A stretch of DNA of 63,815 nt, filler included, from Dugesia japonica (taxonomy: Eukaryota), in the NCBI GenBank assembly GCA_001938525.1. It is 6 parts of 6 records of this genome, joined end to end, with 100 filler letters (N's around TTAATTAATTAA, not from the genome) between each part and the next. Parts side by side here need not be neighbours in the genome. Positions count along the whole stretch, not along the records: positions 1 to 8,762 come from MQRL01262421.1; positions 8,863 to 18,155 come from MQRL01605295.1; 4 more parts are not named here. One strand, given 5' to 3'. A model generated the notes under the pieces. That model was not told the origin of the DNA. It saw only the letters and a program-made list of their open reading frames with translations, and did not search any database. Below, piece by piece: positions 1-11,699 of this stretch (position 1 is the first letter of the stretch; every line of letters begins with the position of its first letter). Both the position numbers and the translations under genes were made by a program.

Positions 1-1094
1 AATGATTTATTTTGAAGCAGAAAATAAATTATTTGTCAAAAATAAGAAAAATGAAGGTTTTCGCTTAAGTTAAATTGGCAGATAAGAAAATTATGGACAA
101 GAAAAATCAGGGAATTCAAAAATGGTAGTTAGAAAATCGTTACAAGATCCAGAAAGAAGTTATTAGGGTCTGAAGGTTGATAATTAGAACTCCAGTAGTT
201 TTGGAATTCCAAAATTCTACCCAATAAGAAGAAATCATGTGATAATAAATTAAAATAACCGGCCAATAAAAATGCCAAGAACAATTCTTAACCAATAAAA
301 AGAATAGGGGTGTAGAAAAGAACCGGAATAAATACCGATGAAATTTTCACCAAAAAAAATTATCTTTTATCAAGAAAATACTGAGGTTGAACGGGACATT
401 TTCAATTATCACAGAAGGTGATTACCTTTGCTAATTGATTACTGGTGCAACGATTTCCGGCTCGACTCAATATCGAAAGATTATGGAGAACCTCTTGAAT
501 TTTTAATGATTGCTGAAATGGTGTCAATTCACATGCTGTGCTTGCTCTGGATCGGGATCCGGACCACGTTAGTTCTATCAATTGTTTTAATTGCCAGTTT
601 AATGTACCACCAGTAAAGTTGGTATTTTAATATAATTTTCGCTGTTAAAATTTTGTTTTTCTTTGTTTTTAGGATAAATAATTTAATACCAAACTACAAA
701 ATTTATAATTAATTCAGACTGAACTAGTTGATGTAGTAAAGACTATTAAACGACTCTCCAAAGTTGAAATCAATAAAGTAAGGACTAATAAGAAAATAGA
801 TAATGTGAATCATACATGACGGAGAAATCAAAGCGAGTATTTTAAAATACGAACCTGAACCAAAAGAATGCGAGTGTGCTCTTAAATTCAGAGACTACGG
901 CTCCATTCCGAAGATCTGGAATTTTGGGGACTCCAAATTAAATTCTTCACGGTTACCAAAAGGAATAATTAAAGAAAAACCGAATTTAAGTAACTGAATA
1001 TGGGGGATGATTTGTAACCTATTGTGTTGCAAAAAGAGAAAAGAATCTTAAATCTTAATCTTAAAAATTAGCCCACCAAGACAAAACCCCAACA
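1..1094 (+). repeat. 5' LTR (left-truncated by window edge) of an LTR retroelement
   Basis: Alignable by eye with ~7620-8654 (shared AAATACCGATGAAATTTTCACCAAAA, GCAACGATTTCCG, GAATGCGAGT); contains CCAAT motifs; ends ...AAAACCCCAACA at 1094, followed closely by a PBS. Confidence 0.85.
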
Positions 1095-1101
1095 AAGATT
1101 T

Positions 1102-1119
1102 TGGGGGCTTAACCGGGAT
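1102..1119 (+). promoter_or_regulatory. Primer-binding site, tRNA-Pro type
   Basis: TGGGGGCTTAACCGGGAT 7 nt after the LTR end; compare the MLV tRNA-Pro PBS TGGGGGCTCGTCCGGGAT. Confidence 0.85.
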
Positions 1120-1249
1120 ATAAATGGAACATCATCCTCGGGAGGATCATAGAACCATCAATACTACATCCATAAATAAATAGGATTTAAAATTTTACGT
1201 AAATCATTTCAATCAACAAAAACTACACTTAAATGACTCAAATTAATGA

Positions 1250-1560
1250 AACTAAACTGACTAAAGTAAATTAGAAACATTAAGATTAAGGATCAATTAT
1301 GAAATCGCGATTGAAGTAAAGAATAATAAAATTAAAGTAAGAAATTAAGAGTTAAAGTAAATTAAAAATTAAACCGAGAAATTAAGAAATTAAAGTAATT
1401 AAGAAACTAAAGAAAGAAATTAAAGTAAAAAATTAAAATAATCAAGAACTTAAAGTAAGTAATCAAGTAATTAAGGAAATTAAAGTAAGAAATTAAAATA
1501 AGAAACTAGAAAATTAAGGTAATTAAGAACATAAAGTATGAAAATTATAGAAGAAATAAA
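1250..1560 (+). repeat. Degenerate A-rich tandem repeats in the retroelement leader
   Basis: Repeated AAATTAAAGTAA/GAAATTAAG units. Confidence 0.6.
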
Positions 1561-1619
1561 AGAAATGCTAAGAATCAAGGTACCCGACAGCCTAGGAAAT
1601 AATGAGGTAAGGTACGAAA

Positions 1620-2084
1620 ATGTTACAATTGCAAGCTAAAGATTGTCAAACGAAAAATAAAGTATGTTACATCTGTGGAAAACAGGGCCACATCGCAAGA
1701 TTATGTCGACACAGAATAGACCTTGCAGGACCAAGGAATATAACAGAAGCTAGAAAAAGTCGTAATTACGAAGAAAACCATTTTCCAATTAAATATGTAC
1801 AATGGTATCAAATACGAAAAAATAAAGATGCTGAAAATACCAGGAATAAAGAGGTAGCAGAAATCCTGTCCGAAGAAAACCATCAGTTACGTGAACAAAT
1901 GAAAAGTTGTCATCAAAGAATCACTCGACTAAGAGAAGCCCTAGCAGAACTAAAGCTCAATGGAGGAGAAAAGTCACCAGAGGAAACCATACAAAAGGAG
2001 AATAAAATAACCCCAGAATATAAAACAAACACGGAACCTTACGAAGAGGAACAAAACGAGCCAATAGCTGTAATAAAAACTTAA
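1620..2084 (+). pseudogene. Gag-like fragment with CCHC zinc knuckle and coiled coil
   Basis: CYICGKQGHIARLC; a partial knuckle upstream; heptad-like LSEENHQLREQMKSCHQRITRLREALAELKL. Confidence 0.75.
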
Positions 2085-2430
2085 GATGACGGATTTAGCC
2101 TTTCACTAATAATACGAATCAACAACCCACCACTGAAAATACTTTTAGATACTGGATCATTCCGATAGTTAGTAAATATAAAAAAGGTACCATCAAACAA
2201 AAGAAAAGAAATAAAACACTATTTAACCAGAGCAACAAGTATTAAGGGGAAAACCAAGCAAATCATTTGAACATTAGAGTGCAATGCACAACTTCAAGAA
2301 AAAACAATAAAACACCAAATTCTTGTAATGAAAACCAATGTAGATGCAGTATTTGGAACAGATGTAATGCCGAAATCGTTAATTGGTACAAAATTGGATT
2401 TTACTACATTTTAAATCGAATTGGAAAAAC
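2085..2430 (+). pseudogene. Retropepsin-like aspartic protease remnant
   Basis: Manual translation gives LKILLDTGS at ~2133-2160 and a later AVFGTD motif; interrupted by stops and frameshifts. Confidence 0.7.
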
Positions 2431-2892
2431 CAAAATCAGAAATGATAGGCATGTTGCAAGTAAGTCAAGAAATCCCTAATCTAAAAAAAGATCAAAACAT
2501 TTAGGAAGACCAATATCAAAATTGTCTAAACCAATGGTTAGTCAAGAACAGCAAGTGTTATTAGAAGCGTTAGTATGTAACCAAGGTCAAAGTTTATTAG
2601 GTTTAAAACCAGAATCATTTAAAATAAAAGTTTTATGGCTTTTCAATACGAGAAAACTGATCATATTAGGAGATTATGGCTGGTGTGACATAGCGAAATT
2701 GATTGAAAATAACAATTAAGAACCAAGAGAGCCGACAGACGAAAAAACGGAAGAATTATATTTCGGTTCTACACTTATTGATAGCGAGTCCATGGACCCA
2801 ATATAATTAGGGAGACTCTGGAAAATGCTGGAATCAATATATTCGTCCAAAATAAAGAAGATGGACGTTATAATCGACATCTAAAACGATTA

Positions 2893-4250
2893 ATGATAAG
2901 CTTAAGGAACAAAGGCCTCCAAGCATTAACATTATTTAACGAACCGATAGTATCAAAGTGGCAAGAACCAAAATCGACAATGAAAAAGAAAACAAAGTAT
3001 GAAAAGAACATTGAAAAAGAAGAAATCTTGAATGCATCTAAAGACTTACTACAAACGGTAACTATGCAACCACAAGAATTAAACAAAAATACTCACAAGG
3101 TAAATCAATTTCCTGAAGAAGTAGAAGAAAAAACCGTGTTAGTAACAAGGATGCTAAAACTCGTAGAACAGGAACGGTGGATCGTTATCAGTATGCAAAA
3201 GTGCAACATATGTAAAAAGAAGGGACATATTGAAGAAAGTTGTTGGGCAGATAAAATATGCCACTGCTGTGGCGAAAAAGGGCACATATGGAAACATTGT
3301 AGCAATAAGCGGGAAAGGACTATAAAAGAAAAAACACAAATTCGCTACGGTAAGGAAGGAGAACAAGAAAATATAGTGACCGACTCGATTAAACTCTGCA
3401 TGCTACAGGTGGAAACTGTCGAAATAATAGAACCAGATGACTTCACAGAAGTAGTGTCAAAAAAGAAAAAGGAAAGAAAAACAATTAGAGAAATGAAAAC
3501 TAAAAGCCAGTTATCGGAAGCAGGCACTCTAAATATACAGGAAGCCGAAATAATTCAAACATGTAGCCAAGAACAAGTAAACTATATAACAAGGTTGAAC
3601 TCAAATCAAGAGTCAGAATTATCGTCAAGCAACGATCTTACCGATCAGATGGAAGAACTGTTATGGGTATTAACATTACAACTAAAGGTGTTGGAAGAGG
3701 TAACCAATGCAGTACGGAAAGTATCTGTAGAAGCAATAGTAGAAAATTTACTAAAGTCAAGGTATCGAAATTCAGAGAACAAGAAAAAAGGACGATATTC
3801 GCAATGTAATTGTTGTTAAAAACCTGGAATGAAACGGAAGAAGTTATAATGAAACCCACGATACCTAAACAAAAGAAAACTATAAGTGTAGTGAATGTGG
3901 TAAACTTGGTCATCTGGCAACCTGGTGTTGGAAAAATAGATTATGTAAATATTGTGGGGAATCAGATCACCCAAAGAAACTATGTTGGAAAAAACCATGC
4001 AAATTATGTGGCAAATTAGAACATACAGAGATACAATGTAAAAAAGAATGGGATATCGAACCTATTTTTAGAAAGGAGGTTTGCACGAAATGTGGAAAAA
4101 GAGACCACACGATGCCTTTATGTGGGGTAACATTCAAAAAATATGGCCGCAAAGGACATACTGAAATAGTATGCCAACCGTAGAGGAAAAGAACATTTAG
4201 CCGAACAATTTGGTATTCCTAGATGTTTCAACTGTGGTAGAAAAGTAAAA
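2893..4250 (+). pseudogene. Multi-zinc-knuckle (CCHC array) protein of the retroelement
   Basis: ORF 2893-3819 has CNICKKKGHIEESC and CHCCGEKGHIWKHC. A shifted frame at 3887-4183 has CSECGKLGHLATWC, CKYCGESDHPKKLC, CKLCGKLEHTEIQC, CTKCGKRDHTMPLC and one degenerate knuckle. CFNCG at ~4224 is truncated. Confidence 0.8.
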
Positions 4251-4442
4251 TGGTCTGTTCTCATTCCAGGCGTCGTGTAAAGGCTGTAATTGATGCTGTG
4301 GTAATTTTATTGAGTAATTAAAACCAATGATGTTTAAAATTACTGATATTTGTAAAATTTCAAATAAATGTTCAAATTTGTAGTTTTTAGAGATATTTTT
4401 TTTACTGCATTTTACGCTTCAATTCTACTTGCGCATCCTGTA
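4250..4442 (+). mobile_element. 3' end of a Tc1/mariner-superfamily (maT-like) transposon
   Basis: Transposase C-terminus RRVKAVIDAxxNFIE*, then a terminal ...TACTTGCGCATCCTG followed by TA. Confidence 0.55.
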
Positions 4443-5475
4443 TAACCCGGAAAAAACGTCAAATTAACCCTCTCAAGATTAATGATGGATGATCTAGAAA
4501 TGGCTATTCGACAAACAGGTTATCCTAATTTAGCCAGTCAATTCACATGTACACCAACTGCACTACTAGACCTCACGCAAGAAAGGACTATATATATAAT
4601 TATGGGATAAAACCTGGCGAGGAGACTGAATTAGTATTATTAGATAAACATCTGAGTATAGATTACGAAATATGGATAACTAAAAATGAAAGATCACCCC
4701 TATAATGGAGGAATTGGAACAACTGTATCAACAAGAAGTAAATCTCATCAAAATAAACGTTCTCATGGCGGTATTTTGGAAAAAAGATAAGAAAGCAAAT
4801 GAGTAAAGGAAACACATTCTGGCCACTCAAAACGAATCACTCAAACAACGATTGAAAAAAAGAGAGGGCCGTTGTAATACGATAAGAATGCGTAAGTAAC
4901 CATCAAAAAAGTAGTAGCAATGCGAAAAGTAAGAGAAATATTCAATAAAGTTCAAGCAAAAAAGAATAAACCAATTTACAAATACAAAGCCTCGATGAGT
5001 ATAAACCTGGTAAAATGAAACCAATAGATGAGATAATTTAGCAGTTAGAAGACCTGTACGAAAAAGAAATAACCAACGGTAAGTTATTCAAAGAAATCGA
5101 CCAAGATGAAATGTAAATAAATATCGAACATTGCATGGACAAGGATGAAGAATGTTGGCACGAGTAATAATGAGGATACTATTAACACTTCATAAAAATC
5201 TATAGTTATTAAAAGATGACAGAGTAATAAAATTAATCATGCGGCTAAACCAACTAAAAGCTTAATGCCAGAAAACATAATGGATGAAATATTGTATAAT
5301 GCTAGCAAAATGTTTGCTAATCAAGACTTTTAAAAAATTGTCAAATTCCCAGATAAAAGTGAATGCATACAATTTCATATAAAAATGGTAGACCCCTGGT
5401 CAAAACTGTTGAAGATAATTATGAAGTACATGAACAAACAAAAAGACATATATACAGGAAAGATAGAAGAGTACA

Positions 5476-6200
5476 AAATTTGGCAGATTAGTAGACGTCA
5501 TGTATCTCTATAAATGTAAAACAATAGATGCAGTATTATAATCTAACAAGTTGGAGATAATACACAAGAACGAAAAACGATATGTGCAACCTATCAGCAG
5601 AATAATATCCCCAACAGAATATAAACCTATGATCATAAATTGTTCCAATGTATTCGGACCACATTATGTTCTCACATATGGTACGTGTGTTAGATTTCTA
5701 GAGCGCAGTTCGGTAGGAATCGCACATAAGAAATTCTCGATGCTACGACTAAATTACGGAATAAAATTCACTTCAATTGACGTAAGGTTTCTATAATAGT
5801 AAAGACTTAGAAAAGCAAGAGAGTAAACGCTTTTCTTCGTCAGAAGAATGCAGATCTTATTGATTATAGTACAATTAACAAGTGAAGCATTCACAAATGG
5901 ACAGATTAACTACGATACACTACTATCACCAGATCACTTTCAAAAAAGCCACAGTAAATGTTAGGAAGAAAATGTGGGGGAGGTTTATTATCTTCAAACA
6001 AGCAATTGCATGATTAATAAGAATCATGCTGATAATTTCGGTAACCCGATTAGTCATAACACAATTATTGGCCTGTTTTCACATGTACAAAATGGAGTAG
6101 AAAGTAAATTGGAAGATGGTAACGGAAATATTCTTATTTCTGGCTAAGACCATGCTTTTTAACAGTCACTCTAAGAATATATATCGAGTAAAGAGGTTTA
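5476..6200 (+). pseudogene. Env-like chuvirus-type/class III fusion glycoprotein, C-terminal half, decayed
   Basis: Translated blocks KFGRLVDVMYLYKCKTIDAVL, LEIIHKNEKRYVQPISRII...IINCSNVFGPHY, GFYNSKDLEK and KMWGRFIIFKQAIA*LIRIMLIISVTRLVITQLLAC (TM). The order matches the chuviral G motifs GEVIHIIKCVPV / LPV..N...F..P.TRIL..C..P.Y / GIY...DL / MWG.F..FG as I recall them. Confidence 0.7.
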
Positions 6201-6429
6201 TCCGCAATCTCAGACAAAAAAGAAATTCTGAAAAGGAAGTAGTAATTTCAATTATTATGTGAAGAAATGGGTGAGGCAACCAATGAACAGTCAATCACCA
6301 CAAATAGAGTTTCAGGGACTACCTTATAGCCGTGCTTATTATGGCCAATCGCAACTTACTAACAACTCACTAATACCGAGCGAAAATATACTACCACAAT
6401 CTTACATTTCAACAATTACTTTTATTACA

Positions 6430-6960
6430 GTTTTAAAATACAGTTTTATACGGTGATATGTTTTTATATGGTTTTTGTATGTTTTAAAATGTATTTGTAT
6501 ATAAGGTATTTTTATAAATTATTTAAAAGCAATTTTTATGGTTATTATAGGGCTGAATTAGGTAAATTTACGGTTTTCTAGGTTATTATAGTGTTCTATA
6601 TGTTTTTTATGGTTTTATAATGTTTATCTATGTAACTTATATGGTTTTATAGAGTTTTAAAAGTTCATATTGTGCTTTTATAAGGTTTTATATCATAATT
6701 ATATATGTTTTATAAGGTAATAATATGGTTCTATAGAGTAATTATTTGCTTTTGTTTGACCTAATTGATCAATTGTTTTGCAATTACATAAATTTTAATG
6801 AAAAGTTACCAGATGTCCATAAATTATGTCAAAAAGTTACCAGAGATCTAATAATTTTTGTAAAACGTTACCAGATGTCATTAAAATATTTTTAAAAAGT
6901 TATTTAATATAATTTAATTATTTCTAAATATTTACCATTTGTCCCTGAAAGGTTACTAGA
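6430..6960. repeat. Low-complexity degenerate repeats (GGTTTTATA; GTTACCAGATGTC)
   Basis: Short motifs recur at irregular spacing. Confidence 0.45.
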
Positions 6961-7143
6961 GTTAGAAAAGACTAACACATTAAATAAAATCATGCAATAA
7001 ACCAAATGCATTCAATGACATAATAAACATCATACATTCAATAATTGCATCATATAAACGCAAATAATTCAAAGAAATCTATGCATTAAATGTATTCAGA
7101 ACATCCTAAAACCCAATAATACGCATAATCTGTACAATATACA

Positions 7144-8654
7144 TGTTAGGGTGAAACAATTGACATTAGTAATTAAACCAGTGATTAAGTACACCTGAAT
7201 TGTGAAAGAATGTCAAAAGAAATAAAATGAAGAATACAAACAACAGAAGGAGTAAAATCAGTTACGGAAAGGAATAATTGAAGAAAAATACCGGGATTAC
7301 GAAACTAAAGAAGGAGAGATGACTCGTATCAAAGAGGAGGAAATGTTGAAAAACACAAACGGACCGAAAAAAACAAAGAAAGAACAATTAATAACAAATA
7401 AAAGTAATTCATTAACTAAAAGAAAGAAAGTCGAAGAAAATGGATTATCATCTCACAGAAAATAAACGAAAACGAATTAATTAGCAAAAGAAAACAGCGA
7501 AATTATTCAGCGAAGTTATTCAGAAAGACAAAGAAATAAACAGCAAATTAATATTTTGGAAGAAAAGAAAATAAATAATTTATTTATTTAAATAAAATAA
7601 ATTGAACAATTTAAAATAAATTATTTTTAAAAGAAAAATAATTATTTAATGAAAAATGGCAAAAATAACGACTTTCCATGGTGAAAATTAGCAATTAAAG
7701 TGATTCTGGTCAAGAAAAAATCGGAGATCTTGAAAATCTAAATTAAAAAATCAGTAGGAGTCTCAGAAAAAAGATACAGGGGTTTGAAAGTTGACCAATA
7801 GATTCGAAATCCAAAAATATCATAAATAAAAAGGAAATGAAAACGTCAGAAAAGTCGTACGACTCCAAATAACCAATGAACGGAATGGGGATGTGAAGAG
7901 AAACCGGTATAAATACCGATGAAATTTTCACCAAAATATTTATCTTTTGATCAAGCTAATATTGTAATTGAACGGAGATATTTTAAAGTGAATATTCTTG
8001 TTATTCAATCAGGGATGCAACGATTTCCGACTTGAACCGAATATGGAAAATTATGGTGGACCCATTGAATCATAAATAATTACCAAGGGAATGATAATTC
8101 ATATCTCGTGCTTGCTCCGGATTGGGATCCAGACCACGCAAATTTTATTGTTTGTCCTATTTGTTAAATTAATGTATAACAAGTGGCGTTTTGATAATCG
8201 AATATATTTTTCCACTTGTTAAAATCTTGAGTTCTTGATAATTTTAAACCTTAGGTATGGATTGTTAAACTAAACGTAGTAATTAACTGAACTAAATATG
8301 CTTAATTCTGAAAAAGAAAATTTATAATAAATTAAGACTCAACTGACTGATAAAATCAAAATCCAATAAAACAGGTTATGAACGGAAATCTAAAAATTTA
8401 ATGGTTGATAAGTATGATTTGAGAATCAAGCGAGTATTATGAAGTATGAAACCAAACCAAAGGAATGCGAGTATGTACTCGGATTCCGAGTCAACGGATC
8501 CGTTCCAAAGATCTGAATTTTTTGAAGGACACCAGATTCAAATTCATCGTGGAGTTATACCAGGTCAATTACCCCATACATAATTTATATAAAGTTCGAC
8601 CCCTCTAGATTTAATCATATAAGATATCAACCCACCTAGGGTAAAACACCAACA
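7144..8654 (+). mobile_element. Solo LTR (~1.5 kb) related to the LTR at 1-1094
   Basis: Starts TGTTAGGGTG and ends CACCAACA; flanked by 4-bp direct repeat TACA (7140-7143 and 8655-8658); CCAAT and TATAAATA motifs at ~7873-7915; no PBS follows. Confidence 0.8.
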
Positions 8655-8762
8655 TACATATCATTATAGTAAAAAAATATATAAAGTCAATATAAAATTT
8701 CACAAAATTCATAAAAAAAATATACTAACTTCATGGTTTCTATAGGGTTTTATGAGAAAATT

Positions 8763-8862
8763 NNNNNNNNNNNNNNNNNNNNNNNNNNNNNNNNNNNNNN
8801 NNNNNNTTAATTAATTAANNNNNNNNNNNNNNNNNNNNNNNNNNNNNNNNNNNNNNNNNNNN
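8763..8862. other. Artificial contig linker 44N-TTAATTAATTAA-44N
   Basis: Identical 100-nt structure at five places; stop codons in all frames. Confidence 0.95.
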
Positions 8863-11699
8863 AAATTTTAAAACATCAAATAAATCTTACAATTTTTAAA
8901 GTTTCATGAAATTTTGTAATGCACAAACAAAAAAACCACTGAGATTTTCAAATATACATTTCCTGAAAGTCATTAAAGTTTGATTATCTACGAGTTTTGG
9001 GAAGAGGTATGGAGGTTTTTGAGTTCCATCGAAATATATACAGTTACGATATATTTCTCCGACACATTCAGTTCAGCCGACCGTATCCATTAAGTTGAGT
9101 TAGCATCCAATCGACTCAACTAATAATTGATCTTATCGATTAGCTCGCATAATTTAAATTAGGCTAAACTTGATTACAATATGTTCATTTCTAGCAGCAG
9201 TTCTTCCGACCGTTCAAATTTAATCTTAAATGTATACCGCATAACTGTATTTGTCTACTCGTTATGTGATTAAAATGAAAACAACTAGTCTCCACAAACA
9301 GAATTTGGCTAGATACAAATTCACTAAATGATCAAGAATTCAATTCGACTGTTATCAACTCAATGCATGATATTAAATAAGTCTTTAATTTAAATTATTA
9401 GAGAAAATCATTACCGTTTAATAAAAACATTACAGAGAATTATTAATGAAGCATTTAATAGGAAGCATTAAATAATAAAGCATTAAATCACGAAGAAACC
9501 GATAAAAAATCATTAGTTTACTTTAATTTAAACAAAGTTCTCATGTTAATCTTTTAATATCAATGGTACATGGAAGAAACGTATTTTGATATTGCTTTGT
9601 AATATTGCCTGTAGTGATTAATGTTATTATTGCTCGAGGAAAATTTAGATTTAGACTTAATTACGAAGCAATTCTATGTATCTACTAACAGTTATTTTTT
9701 AAACTTTAGAAATTATTGTGATTATTATGTTTGATACCACGTCACTCAAAAATAAATTTAAAGTTTATTAAATTAAAATTAATAAATTCACATAAATTCA
9801 AGTTGTATGTACTGTTACTGATAATTATTTAAAAATTATTAAATCTATCATACTTATTCTATTTTATCAATATTATGAGTTATTTCCAATATTTGTTTAG
9901 AAATTATTTTAATGAATCAATGCTTTATAGAGATTTTCTATTATAAATTAAACATTAATTAAAAAATACATGTGAAATTTAATTTGATTTAAAAATATTT
10001 CAAAGTTTTATCAATAATTAATAAAGATTTTCTATTATAATTTTAATTTAACCGTAAAAAATATTAAATTTAATCATAAAAGTATATAATTGAAATCTAA
10101 NNNNNNNNNNNNNNNNNNNNNNNNNNNNNNNNNNNNNNNNNNNNNNNNNNNNNNNNNNNNNNNNNNNNNNNNNNNNNNNNNNNNNNNNNNNNNNNNNAAT
10201 TCATCATACTTAATTTATTCAATCAATTATAGGAAATATTTTCAATAAATAATTACAAATTTTTCTAAATTTCCAATACTAATTAAGAAATTCCTATTGT
10301 AAATTAAACATTAATTAAATTAATCAAAATTACAAGTAAAAATTTAGAACAGGGTAAATAATTAAATACTAATTAAACAGTAAATTTACCATTAGTGATG
10401 AGTAAGTGTAAAAAAACTATTGATAACTAAAAATCAGAGAACAGTAAGCAGAGCACTGATAACAGAAAGCAAGTCGCACAGAGCTTTGATAACTGAGGTC
10501 AGGTAAACAGTAAAATTTCATTTAAAATACCACTCAATATTGATCTTACTGAATAAATTATCATTTTATTTATATATTCATTGAGGAATCCCAAATCAAG
10601 TACTTGTTTTTTAATATAACTTTTTATTTATAAGGTGTGGTAATTTTAGGTTAATATATTTGTAATAAGTGTAGAATTCTTTATCAAAAAGACTAGTTTC
10701 TAATTAAATTTAAGATAATTTTTATTTTAAATTAAATATGAAAAATGAAAATTTTAATTTTTTTCAAATTAATTTAATTTGACAAATTTCTACCGTATAT
10801 ATTCTTGATTAGTAAAGATTTCTTTATCTAATAGTAATTGATTCATTAAATTTGGATGAAAATTATAAAAAATAACTTTTGATTTGTGTCGATTTAGCAT
10901 AATCAGGTTTTTTGACAATATTTTATCGAATTTTGTTTTGTAAAAAATTAAGTTTGGTGATTTAAGCTAATGTTTTTCTTAATCACTAAAGAATATCGGG
11001 TTTATCTCATTTTCTTTAGTCATAGACAAGATTTGGTGATTTCTAACTAGGCCAATCCTAATCAACGTAAACTTCTCTATTGAATAGACTATGTTATAAT
11101 TAGATTTCAGTTATCCTTTTAAAAATTCATAATTTCCTCCCGATCTCCCAAAATGAAGTGCATGTCTTTTCTATATAAGTTTTTTATGTATAAGATTAAA
11201 CAATTTTAGGTTTAATTAATTGGAATAAGTGAAAGATTGTTTATCGAATAGATACCTTTTTGGCAAATTTTGAGATAATTTTTCAATTTTCGAAAAAAGT
11301 TACCAAATCCTAAATGACAGCTGGATATCTTTGTTAGGAAGTATTTTTGCCGAGACGATATTTTACCTTTTTTTTCTCCTCCTGAGTAAAATAATACTAA
11401 ATTCGAAACCATATGACTTATGTGCGCAGAGAAAATCAAGCAGCAAAAATAAAAATTTGAGATTTTTCACCACGAAACTCTAATTATTTCATTCCGGATT
11501 TAACTTTTGCGATTTAAGATTAACATATTTGAAATCAACAAAGAATTCGTCATCTAATAAATATGATTATTTTATGTAAAGATGAGAAACAATCTTTTCC
11601 AAAAATTTTTATTTGTGAAAAAAAATAATAAACTTTCGAAATTTCAGATGTTCTCCAGAATTCTCATAAAATCTTTATTTAAAAATTTTTAAAAATCTA

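Noticed and set aside
428-616. 62-aa hydrophobic ORF
   Set aside because: It lies within the LTR and does not appear as an ORF in the sister LTR; likely chance.
5975-5983. GGGGGAGG as a polypurine tract
   Set aside because: It is not followed by an LTR and is better explained as the W-G-R codons of the glycoprotein.
1-8654. A single full-length LTR element bounded by the two LTRs
   Set aside because: The LTRs are strongly diverged, and the right one has its own TACA TSD and no obvious preceding polypurine tract, so it is a solo LTR.
9092-9121. Hairpin AGTTGAGT...ACTCAACT as a terminator or ncRNA
   Set aside because: Isolated short stem with no supporting context.
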